64,000 nucleotides of DNA from Bacteroidota bacterium (GTDB taxonomy: Bacteria; Bacteroidota; Bacteroidia; NS11-12g; UBA955). The notes beneath the pieces were generated by a model that had not been told where the DNA came from, did not search any database, and was given only the letters and a program-made list of their open reading frames with translations. The translations under genes were made by a program, and so were the position numbers. The stretch covers positions 23,889-87,888 of the forward strand of contig CAUJCT010000058.1 in assembly GCA_963169345.1 (NCBI GenBank). The letters run 5' to 3'. Numbering within the stretch: the first letter of the stretch is position 1; each line of letters begins with the position of its first letter. Positions 55,308-64,000 of this stretch are shown here, in pieces.

Positions 55308-57953
55308 TTACAAAAACCAAATCTCAGAACCGTGCTCACTATCATCGATTACAAAATACAATTTATCATTCCAAATTATCATGTAACCAGGTCCGGATTT
55401 GTTGCTGGATGAAAATGTTGCTTCCACTATTTCTGTGCCCGATGATTTGCCATTGCTGCGCCATAACTCCGGTTCATTCTCTCCCTCTGAGGCTGTAAAA
55501 TACAATGATTCTTTAAAAACTGTTATACCTCTTACATCCGAACCATAAAAACCTTTTTTGATATCTTTCACCAAATCCGTTCCCTTACTGCTGCCATCGG
55601 TACGCCATAGCTCTACACCGGATTTACCATTTGTGGCAGAAAAATATACCTTTCCATCCAACAGCGCAAAACCGGTAGGATGTGAGTCTTCATTCCCCTG
55701 AAAAATATCTGACAGCAATTCTGTCCCTTTATCTGTACCGTCGCTGCTCCATAGTTCTACTCCTTGCTTACCATTATCAGCCGAAAACAACAATTGATTT
55801 CCAAACGCAAATAATTCATCCGGATTTGAACCATCTTCTCCTTTATTTATATCCATCACCATGTAAGTCCCGCTTTTACTGCCGTCACTCCTCCACAGTT
55901 CATCACCATGCTTCATATCATTTGCAGAAAAATACAATATGCCATTCATCTGAGAAAATGTACCGGGGTCAGAGCTGTGTCCGCCATCTGCAATATCTTT
56001 CACTATAACAGTGCCTTTTTCTGTGCCGTCAGTTTTCCATAATTCGTTTCCTTCATTAAAGTTATCGGCAGCAAAATACAAATTGGTTCCTACCAGATAA
56101 AATCCCTGAGGGACTGAGGAAGCCTGTCCTCTTTGTATGTCTTTAAGCAATATGGTTCCTTTAACAGTACCATCACTTTTCCAAATCTCGTTTCCTGTAA
56201 TTCCATCATTCGCATTGAAAATAGCTGTGCCATTCAAATCCCTGATAAAATAAATGATGGATTTGTCTTTCTCTGCATTAAATGTTTTCAGTAAACTCGT
56301 TCCTTTTTCCAATCCGTCCGTTACCCATAAATCAATTTTTCCTGAGCCATTGTCCGTCAATAAAAACCATTTGCCACTGACCACTTTCGTGGCTTCAATT
56401 TCAATATTGTTTTCTCCTTTATACAACTGTATGATCTCGCTTGTTCCTTTTTCAGTGCCATCTGTTTTCCATAATCTCAAACCATCTATATCCGACTCAA
56501 TAGCAAAATACATCTGTTTGCCTGCAGGACTTAAATGCGTAGGAGAACTCGAAACACCTTTCCTGTTTATATTGCATAAAAGCTGAGCCGATTTATCTTT
56601 CTCTAGCAGCCACAGCTCCGGACCGTCGATACCGTTATCTGCAACAAACAAGAGTTTGTCACTATACAATCTGAGATTCTTTGGCATCGAACCGCCTTTA
56701 CCATCCAAAATATCTTTTACTAATTTTGTCCCTTTTTCTGACCCGTCGGTCATCCATAATTCACTACCGTGTTCGGCATCATTCATAACAAAATAAGCTG
56801 TGTTACTCATCGAAACAGCTTCCATCATTTCATCCATTTTTGACTCTTTGAAAGTATGAAGCTTAAGAGTTCCGCTAGCCGTACCATCTGTTCTGTAAAA
56901 CTGATAAGCTGTAGCTTTTTTATCCTGATTAAAAAAGAAACAAAAATTTCCGGAAGCAAACAATCCTATTGGGCCTTCGGCATTTTTATCACTGTTGATG
57001 TCCAAAATTAGTTTAGTCCCATTAAGAGTACCATCGCTTACATACAATTCTCGTCCTTCTGTTTTAGACTCATTAACAAAAAACAATTTGTCCTTTACTG
57101 CTACAAAAGCATTGCCTGCTATAGTTTGATGTACTGAATTCATGGTTTTAAGTATGGCGGTTCCGTTTGCAGTTCCATCGCTCTTCCATAACTCAAGACC
57201 TTTTTCTTTATTAGAAGTTAAAAAATAAACACTATTAGATGTTGATACTATCTTACGAGGATACACAGAGCCAACAGGCAGCTTGCTTAATTGAATGGTG
57301 CCTTCATTAGTACCATTCGTTTTGTACAAGGAAATTCCATCCTTAACATTCCCCGTAAAAAAATAAAGTTCGTTTTTCCATACATGAAATGAAGTTGGAT
57401 ACGAACCTGCAGATCCTGTTTGAATATCCTTAATCATAGAAGTTCCAGCAGTACTTCCATCTGTTTGCCATAATTCTACCCCATTCTTTCCATCAGTTGC
57501 TGAAAAAAGAATTTTATTGCCAAGTAAGGTTAAATCTCTCGGACTGTAATTGATACTGCCGTTGTTAATGTCTTTTATTCTTATAGTTCCATCTTCTGTG
57601 CCGTCTGTTTTCCAAATCTCTGTTCCTTTATCACTTTCGTATGCTGTAAATAGGATGTTGTTGCCTAAAACAACCAATTGCTTAGGGTTCGAACCACAAT
57701 TACCGGAGCAGATGTCTTTGATGATGTTGTATTTTTGGGTACCCAGATCATATTTCCACAATTCTCTTCCATTGATTCCATCATCGGCAACAAAAACAAT
57801 ACTGTTACCAAATAGCACCATATCAGAGGGATGACTGCCCTGTGTCCCGGTTTGAATATCTTTTAAAAGTTTAGGACCTGAAGCAAAAAGACAATTGGTA
57901 GTAGAAAAAATCAGAACTGTGGTTATAGAGAGATAAATATGTTTAAGGCTCAT
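55308..57953 (-). CDS. ELWxxDGT repeat protein (beta-propeller-like), exported
   Basis: About 18 E(L/I)Wx(S/T)DG(T/S) units. Signal peptide from MSLKHIY (57953). No recognisable T9SS CTD. Confidence 0.88.
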   Translation of the reverse strand: MSLKHIYLSITTVLIFSTTNCLFASGPKLLKDIQTGTQGSHPSDMVLFGNSIVFVADDGINGRELWKYDLGTQKYNIIKDICSGNCGSNPKQLVVLGNNILFTAYESDKGTEIWKTDGTEDGTIRIKDINNGSINYSPRDLTLLGNKILFSATDGKNGVELWQTDGSTAGTSMIKDIQTGSAGSYPTSFHVWKNELYFFTGNVKDGISLYKTNGTNEGTIQLSKLPVGSVYPRKIVSTSNSVYFLTSNKEKGLELWKSDGTANGTAILKTMNSVHQTIAGNAFVAVKDKLFFVNESKTEGRELYVSDGTLNGTKLILDINSDKNAEGPIGLFASGNFCFFFNQDKKATAYQFYRTDGTASGTLKLHTFKESKMDEMMEAVSMSNTAYFVMNDAEHGSELWMTDGSEKGTKLVKDILDGKGGSMPKNLRLYSDKLLFVADNGIDGPELWLLEKDKSAQLLCNINRKGVSSSPTHLSPAGKQMYFAIESDIDGLRLWKTDGTEKGTSEIIQLYKGENNIEIEATKVVSGKWFLLTDNGSGKIDLWVTDGLEKGTSLLKTFNAEKDKSIIYFIRDLNGTAIFNANDGITGNEIWKSDGTVKGTILLKDIQRGQASSVPQGFYLVGTNLYFAADNFNEGNELWKTDGTEKGTVIVKDIADGGHSSDPGTFSQMNGILYFSANDMKHGDELWRSDGSKSGTYMVMDINKGEDGSNPDELFAFGNQLLFSADNGKQGVELWSSDGTDKGTELLSDIFQGNEDSHPTGFALLDGKVYFSATNGKSGVELWRTDGSSKGTDLVKDIKKGFYGSDVRGITVFKESLYFTASEGENEPELWRSNGKSSGTEIVEATFSSSNKSGPGYMIIWNDKLYFVIDDSEHGSEIWFL

Positions 57954-58099
57954 TCTGTAAATATGGAATAATGATTTAACTTCAAATATAATTCCACAAA
58001 AGGCAATACTCCATAGCAAACTATTTCACAACGAGAAGAAAATTTTGATTTAATGGTCAATAGCAGGTTCAAGACAATCAAAAAAGCTAAATTTGCAGG

Positions 58100-58882
58100 G
58101 TGAATATTCAACTTAAAGGAAAAATCGCTTTGGTTTGCGGCAGCACACAAGGAATTGGCAAAGCAATAGCCATGCAGTTTGCCGAATGCGGAGCCAATGT
58201 CATATTAATGGCTCGCAATGAGCAAAAACTTGCCGATACCCTGAAGGAATTGCCTGTAAATGAAAATCAGATTCACGGAATAGTCTCTGCAGATTTTTCA
58301 AATCCTCAAAATGTACTGGATACTCTGACTTTACTCAAAGATAAGCAAATCGACATATTGGTTAACAACACCGGTGGTCCTGCAGCCGGAAAAGCTATTG
58401 ATGCCGATCCTCAGGCATTTCTGGACGCATTTAACGCACACCTCATTAATAACCAGAATTTGGTTCGCTTTTGTACCAAAGGAATGATGGAAAGACAATT
58501 CGGACGAATCATCAATATTATATCTACCTCAGTTAAAGTGCCATTGCACAATCTGGGTGTCAGCAATACCATTAGAGGAGCAGTTGGCAACTGGTCTAAA
58601 ACCATTGCAAATGAACTCGCCCCGTTTAATATTACTGTCAACAATATTTTACCCGGCGCTACTGAAACCGAAAGACTGGGCAGCATCATCAACAATAAAT
58701 CAGGTAAAATGAATGTTGACAGATCAGTGGTAGAAAAAGAAATGCTCAACGAAATTCCAATGGGTCGATTTGGTCGCCCTGAGGAACCTGCTTATGCTGC
58801 AGCCTTTCTGGCTTCCGACTATGCTGCCTACATAACAGGAACTAATATCGTCGTCGATGGAGGTCGCACACCTTGCCTGTAA
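58100..58882 (+). CDS. SDR family oxidoreductase
   Basis: Motifs GSTQGIG, DILVNNTGGP, GRIINIIST, NNILPG, GRFGRPEE, VVDGG. GTG start 4 nt after TAAATTTG. Confidence 0.92.
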   Translation: MNIQLKGKIALVCGSTQGIGKAIAMQFAECGANVILMARNEQKLADTLKELPVNENQIHGIVSADFSNPQNVLDTLTLLKDKQIDILVNNTGGPAAGKAIDADPQAFLDAFNAHLINNQNLVRFCTKGMMERQFGRIINIISTSVKVPLHNLGVSNTIRGAVGNWSKTIANELAPFNITVNNILPGATETERLGSIINNKSGKMNVDRSVVEKEMLNEIPMGRFGRPEEPAYAAAFLASDYAAYITGTNIVVDGGRTPCL

Positions 58883-59784
58883 ATATATACATACAAGCAG
58901 CCCGACTGAGGACATTACCTCTGGCTATTGCAGGTACTATAACCGGTAATCTCCTCGCCTATTCTGAGTCTGGTTCTCTGAATGGACTTGTCTTTTTATT
59001 CAGTGTTCTGACAGCAGTATTTCTGCAAATCCTGAGCAATTACGCCAACGATTATGGCGATTTTAAAAATGGTGCAGATACATCCGAAAGAACTGACCGG
59101 GTAATGGCTTCCGGCTTAATGACTGAGAAAAAAATGAAAGGTGCCATTACTTTATTAATCATATCGACTTTGTTCTCTGGTATCGCTTTATTATGGTTAG
59201 GTGTTCAGACTTTTAACACTTCTTTCTTCGTATTGCTTGGCCTCGGAATTTTAGGAATCATGGCTGCCTATTTTTATACCGCTGGTAAAAGACCTTATGG
59301 TTACATTGGTTTGGGCGATTTATCCGTATTTTTATTCTTCGGATTATTAGCTGTTGTGGGTACATTTTACTTACAAACACAAAGTGTAGAATCTCATATA
59401 TGGTGGGTTGGAGCAGCCATCGGTCTGCTAAGTGTGGGTGTACTCAATGTCAATAATATCAGAGATATTGAATCCGATAAAAGCAAAAATAAAATCACCA
59501 TTCCGGTTATCATAGGCTACTCAAGTGCTTTGAAATACCATTTAGTTCTTTTATTTGGAGCTGTCATATTGCTAACTATTTATAGTATTTTTACAATTAA
59601 GTTAGGCGTAATATTGGTTTCAAACTATCTGATTTTTTCTTTGCTGATTTATCTCCATTATGAAGCATTAAAACACTGCATCAATCGAACGGATTACAAT
59701 AAACAGCTGAAATTTTTATCTTTGCTTACATTAGGAATGATGCTGTATTTTTGTCTTTCAGAAATTCTGTTTAACTCAATTTAG
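58873..59784 (+). CDS. menA: 1,4-dihydroxy-2-naphthoate octaprenyltransferase
   Basis: Motifs ARLRTLPL, SNYANDYGDF, YTAGKRPYGYIGLGD, NVNNIRDIESD...KITIPV. Confidence 0.93.
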   Translation: MPVNIYIQAARLRTLPLAIAGTITGNLLAYSESGSLNGLVFLFSVLTAVFLQILSNYANDYGDFKNGADTSERTDRVMASGLMTEKKMKGAITLLIISTLFSGIALLWLGVQTFNTSFFVLLGLGILGIMAAYFYTAGKRPYGYIGLGDLSVFLFFGLLAVVGTFYLQTQSVESHIWWVGAAIGLLSVGVLNVNNIRDIESDKSKNKITIPVIIGYSSALKYHLVLLFGAVILLTIYSIFTIKLGVILVSNYLIFSLLIYLHYEALKHCINRTDYNKQLKFLSLLTLGMMLYFCLSEILFNSI

Positions 59785-59819
59785 TACTGGGATTAATTGC
59801 CAATATATCGAAACATGTT

Positions 59820-60851
59820 TTGTCGTTTAAACGACCTGCCACTACAAGCAGGGGTGTTTATACAGACAGACATATTTACCTGCTCAGCATTCACAATGCC
59901 GTCAATCCAAATGTGGTTGGTGTAGGTGAATGTGCACCTCTTGCCGGATTGAGCATTGATGACCGACCAGACTATGAACATGAATTGCGAAAGCTGGTAA
60001 AACAAATTAACAATAACAAAGCTGACGATTTCAATTTTTCTGAATTTCCATCTATCAAATTTGGATTGGAAACTGCTTTGTTAGATTTAAAAAACGGAGG
60101 CAGAAAAATCATTTTTCAGAATCTGTATGCCATAGGAAGAATGGGCATTCCCATCAATGGTTTGATATGGATGGACAATATTGAAGCTATGAAAGAAGAG
60201 GCGATTGAAAAAATCAAACGCGGATTCGAATGCATTAAGCTTAAGATTGGCGCATTAGATTTTGAAAAAGAACTTCAATTGCTTGCATTTATTAGAGAGC
60301 AAAAAGGGGGTGAAAAACTTATATTGAGAGTGGACGCCAATGGTGCTTTCAAAAATTCGGAGGCTAAAGATAAACTAAATGAGTTGAAGCCTTTCAACTT
60401 GCATAGTATAGAACAACCTATTAAACGCGGACAATGGGAAAACATGCGTGAACTTTGTGCACTTTCACCTGTTCCTATTGCTTTGGACGAAGATTTAATT
60501 GGCATACATGAAGAAGACGAAATTGAGCGTATTCTCAACAGCATCCGACCTCAATATCTGGTCTTGAAACCCAATCTGCTGGGTGGTTTTGTTCAATCTG
60601 ATATCTGGATTAAACATGCTGAAAAAAACAAAATTGGCTGGTGGTTAACCTCGGCACTTGAAAGTAATATTGGCTTAAATGCCATCGCGCAATACGCTGC
60701 CAACCATGGCGTTAAAACACATTCAGGTTTAGGAACAGGTCAACTTTATACAGCTAATTTTACACCATATACGCATATCAGAGATGGTTATCTCTGGAGG
60801 GATATGGGTTCGGTTGTGACCGATAATGTCTCCGCTCAGGAAGGCATCTAA
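59820..60851 (+). CDS. menC: o-succinylbenzoate synthase
   Basis: Motifs GECAPLAGLS, KLKIG, RVDANGAF, SIEQPI, ALDEDL, LKPNLLGG, SALESNIG, GLGTG. Adjacent to menA. Confidence 0.9.
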   Translation: MSFKRPATTSRGVYTDRHIYLLSIHNAVNPNVVGVGECAPLAGLSIDDRPDYEHELRKLVKQINNNKADDFNFSEFPSIKFGLETALLDLKNGGRKIIFQNLYAIGRMGIPINGLIWMDNIEAMKEEAIEKIKRGFECIKLKIGALDFEKELQLLAFIREQKGGEKLILRVDANGAFKNSEAKDKLNELKPFNLHSIEQPIKRGQWENMRELCALSPVPIALDEDLIGIHEEDEIERILNSIRPQYLVLKPNLLGGFVQSDIWIKHAEKNKIGWWLTSALESNIGLNAIAQYAANHGVKTHSGLGTGQLYTANFTPYTHIRDGYLWRDMGSVVTDNVSAQEGI

Positions 60852-60856
60852 GCTAT

Positions 60857-62593
60857 CTATCGGCTTATGATTATTGTTTCAGAGAAATTACCTTGACTGG
60901 TTTCTATCTGAAGTGTATAAGTTCCCGAAGGCAATACACTTAAATCAAGCTTTCTGTTATTTCCGCTCAGCATACTCACAACTTTTCCGTCAACTGAGTA
61001 GACTATAATACGATGAATGCTGATTGAGCTCTCTGATGTCAACTCAAATATACCGGAACCCGGATTGGGTGAAATCACAAAAGGTGACCTTGTCAACTGC
61101 TTTATGTCTGTTAATCGTTCAGGTGTAACAACGATCGTATCTATATATAAGGATGGGCAATTGACGCCAGTTTCGTTAAGAGTATGTTCTATATAATATG
61201 TGCCTGCAGTAACAAATCTGAAAGTATCATTCATTGTTGTCGAATAATTCAGTGTAGTACCTGAAGTATCCCTGATTAGCCTTGAATAGTTGTAAGTACC
61301 TTTAGGATCTGAAGGTGTAATTAAAGTCTTTAACAGTGCTCTGAATTGCCATTGATTGCTGTGTGTAAATTTCGCTTTTCTTTTGACTGTTATAGAAATT
61401 GGTTTGTAAGACAAGCGTGGGTCTCCGCAATGGTTATCTCTTGCTATAAGTGTTGAGGTATAAGGCAAACTGCGTCCCTGACCAATTAAAGTTTGCCAGC
61501 AAATAAGAGCTGACTTTTCACGGGCGCTCGAATCTACAATTGTAAAGGTTGAACCTGGAATCGGATTAATCTGACTGAGTTCAACTGTATCCCCAATTGT
61601 TTGGTTGGGTAAAAATGGATCATCCAATGTATTTATTGTGAAACAAATTTTATTGCCTTCACAAATTGCATAATTTCCATTTCCTGTGAAGTAAGGTGAA
61701 TTATTGTTGTTGCCACAATTGCTCATAATCAGTTCCATCTCTCTTCTGATATAGCCCATCCGATGCATAACACCGGTACTGTCCTTTTTCCATTCATTTA
61801 CCTGTATAACCATAACACCAATTTCCGATGAATTGACAGGAGTCATAATCAAATAACCTGTTTTCTTATCAAAGTTAAAACCAGTTGGTCCATTGGCTAC
61901 TGTAATTGGTTTTATCGGACTAAAATTTGAAGTATAGGTTTCGTTGTTATTGTTATCATTGAGAGGTGCCACAAGTTCATAACTGACACTATCATCATCA
62001 TCTACATTCATTACACCCGGATCATAACTGGTAATAGTATTGACACATAAATATTGAATGGGAATTGAATTAAAGACAGGAGAACTGTTTTTATTGGCAT
62101 TTGAAATGCAGATGTTAATCATTGCCTCTGTATAAAAATTGCCTGGAATAATAGTTGTAATTGCGCCATTTCTGCAACATTGCTCAGCACTTATCTTCAG
62201 TTCACAGCAACCTGCGTTAATAAATTTATTCAATGGTGCAAAATTGAAATTGAGCATAGAAATGTAAACATGTTCTTCTACCCCACTTGCTGAGACAGTA
62301 TTGGCAGGTTGGCATGGCAGTGCTGAATCCTTACATCTGAGCGAAATATCATTGATGGCTATGCGCGTAAAATTAAGAGAGGATTCAATGGCAGAATCAG
62401 CACACCTGATTTTAAATGAGGGACTGTTCAGGGGAATTCCTTTGCACTCTCTGTAAAATTTAACCGTTACTTTATAAATTAAGTTACCCTCATAACTGTA
62501 TGAGATATCCGCTCCCATTATATGAGAAGCTTTAAGCGGATTTTGAAGCAATACTAAGATTGCAACTGCGAATAATTTTAGCTTTGAATTCAT
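60857..62593 (-). CDS. T9SS type A cargo protein
   Basis: Signal peptide then ASHIMGADISY, QCCRN, CTD ISPNPGSGIF...LPSGTYTLQI. Start MNSKL at 62593 preferred over 62716. Confidence 0.85.
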   Translation of the reverse strand: MNSKLKLFAVAILVLLQNPLKASHIMGADISYSYEGNLIYKVTVKFYRECKGIPLNSPSFKIRCADSAIESSLNFTRIAINDISLRCKDSALPCQPANTVSASGVEEHVYISMLNFNFAPLNKFINAGCCELKISAEQCCRNGAITTIIPGNFYTEAMINICISNANKNSSPVFNSIPIQYLCVNTITSYDPGVMNVDDDDSVSYELVAPLNDNNNNETYTSNFSPIKPITVANGPTGFNFDKKTGYLIMTPVNSSEIGVMVIQVNEWKKDSTGVMHRMGYIRREMELIMSNCGNNNNSPYFTGNGNYAICEGNKICFTINTLDDPFLPNQTIGDTVELSQINPIPGSTFTIVDSSAREKSALICWQTLIGQGRSLPYTSTLIARDNHCGDPRLSYKPISITVKRKAKFTHSNQWQFRALLKTLITPSDPKGTYNYSRLIRDTSGTTLNYSTTMNDTFRFVTAGTYYIEHTLNETGVNCPSLYIDTIVVTPERLTDIKQLTRSPFVISPNPGSGIFELTSESSISIHRIIVYSVDGKVVSMLSGNNRKLDLSVLPSGTYTLQIETSQGNFSETIIISR

Positions 62594-62688
62594 AATTACT
62601 TTATACAAAAATAATGACTTAATTTTTAGTATAGACATCAATTTTACCCAAATAGTGTATTTTTGATTTAAAATAACACAAATTTTTA

Positions 62689-63903
62689 ATGAATAGAATT
62701 TTACTGGCTGTTTCATTGTTGTTTTCCGGTATGACTATGGCTCAAACCAAAGGCTGTATGGATCCTCAGGCTACCAATTACAATAAGAATGCAACAGAAA
62801 ATGATGGTTCCTGTCTGTATAAAAACACTTTCTTTTCTCCTGTAAAACTTTGCCCTGTTTTGTCAGACACAGTGCAGGAGACCAGTGGCCTCTGTTATTT
62901 TAACGGCATGTTCTGGACGCACAACGACAGCGACAATCCTCCCCTTTTATATGCATTTGACAGTCTTTCCGGACGGATCTTGCATCAGATATATATTAAA
63001 AATGCGACTAATATAGATTGGGAAGATATTACACACGATAAGGATTATGTTTATATAGGCGATTTTGGCAACAACAGTGGTACCCGAAAAAACCTGCGTA
63101 TTCTAAAAATCAAAAAATCGGATATTCACCTTCAGCAAATGACGGATTCTGTCAACGCAGAATTCATAAATTTCAGCATGAGTGATCAAACTGACTTCAG
63201 CGACAGGTTTATAAATAACGATCATGATATTGAAGCTTTAATCTCGTTCAACGACAGTTTACATATCTTTACTAAAAACTGGGTGGATAAAAAGACCAGA
63301 CATTATGTTTGTCCGAAAGATTCAGGAACTTATTCATTAACACATGTAGAAACTATTGATGTTGGTGGTCAGATTAGCGGAGCAACTGTAAATGCCTCAG
63401 GAATTGTCATGTTACTGGGTTATACAAAACCGACATACCCTTGTTTTGCCTGGATTTTTTGGGATTACAGTGGTTCGAAATTTAATACGGGTAATAAACG
63501 TAAAATTGATATGGGTAACACCCTGTATCCTGGCCAGACTGAAGGCATTGCGCTTATTGGGAATAGAGCTTATATCACCAATGAATACAAAATCATTCAA
63601 CCTCAACTTTTGAAAATGGATATCGGTAAATGGTTAGACAGCACTAATACCAACTCTATACAAGATACATTTACAGAACGCACTAAAGTATCCTACAACA
63701 ATCATCAGTTAAAAATCTGGTCGCTCGACTTACAAAACGGACTTACAATAGACATATATGACAACACCGGGAAAAAAGTGCATTCCTATAAAGTTAATGT
63801 TGATGCGAATGGCAATTGCGAACCAGTAGAGATAGAATTACCGGATGGAATTTATTTTGTCAAATGCCAGAAAGTTGTTTTGGGAAAAATAATTTCGTAC
63901 TAA
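62689..63903 (+). CDS. Exported beta-propeller-like protein with GCMDP...DGSC motif and probable degenerate T9SS CTD
   Basis: GCMDPQATNYNKNATENDGSCLY, ETSGL, THNDS, DWEDI, YIGDFGNN, QTEGI. C-terminus IYDNTGKKV...LPDGIYFVK. Confidence 0.78.
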   Translation: MNRILLAVSLLFSGMTMAQTKGCMDPQATNYNKNATENDGSCLYKNTFFSPVKLCPVLSDTVQETSGLCYFNGMFWTHNDSDNPPLLYAFDSLSGRILHQIYIKNATNIDWEDITHDKDYVYIGDFGNNSGTRKNLRILKIKKSDIHLQQMTDSVNAEFINFSMSDQTDFSDRFINNDHDIEALISFNDSLHIFTKNWVDKKTRHYVCPKDSGTYSLTHVETIDVGGQISGATVNASGIVMLLGYTKPTYPCFAWIFWDYSGSKFNTGNKRKIDMGNTLYPGQTEGIALIGNRAYITNEYKIIQPQLLKMDIGKWLDSTNTNSIQDTFTERTKVSYNNHQLKIWSLDLQNGLTIDIYDNTGKKVHSYKVNVDANGNCEPVEIELPDGIYFVKCQKVVLGKIISY

Positions 63904-64000
63904 AAACGCAGTCAGATTGATGGAACTATTGAGCAAATGCAATTGCAAATTTCAAACTAATTTAATCTTTCCATTTAGTAGTTTCAATCATTTTGATGAT

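Noticed and set aside
1-64000. tRNA, rRNA, prophage, integrase, transposase, reverse transcriptase/DGR or defence genes
   Set aside because: No such motifs found by reading intergenic regions or ORF translations. A tRNAscan/Infernal/HMM run would be needed to exclude divergent cases.

Overview
AT-rich chromosomal window from a Bacteroidota bacterium. The assignment rests on TAnnTTTG -7 promoter boxes, T9SS components and cargo, and the Bacteroidota-type speA, porX and icd. About 48 CDS, mostly housekeeping (icd, pckA, ribBA, pdxH, speA, hppD, map, plsY, clpS, tsaE, menA, menC). There is also an MntR/TonB-receptor metal locus, a PhoP/PhoR-like two-component pair and five probable T9SS-secreted proteins. 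I see no rRNA, tRNA, CRISPR array, cas gene, transposase, integrase, reverse transcriptase or prophage. The unusual signal is non-coding. (1) One modular composite repeat family occupies four intergenic loci (3878-4306, 12736-13699, 17805-18247, 42714-43258). It is built from stop-codon-rich octamer arrays, nested hairpins and nine copies of a 34-36 nt hairpin core inside ~110 nt units with an interchangeable slot. It gives two unrelated proteins the same C-terminus, AALLSR*. (2) Three further repeat-like or structured elements are present: 5150-5352, a 182 bp MITE-like element at 48153-48334, and paired palindromes at 55188-55299. (3) Six genes have the -7 box exactly 4 nt before the start codon, suggesting leaderless mRNAs. 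(4) There are several operator-like palindromes and an orphan small-ORF cassette with a switch-like RNA hairpin. All product calls come from motif recognition by eye; no database search was run.
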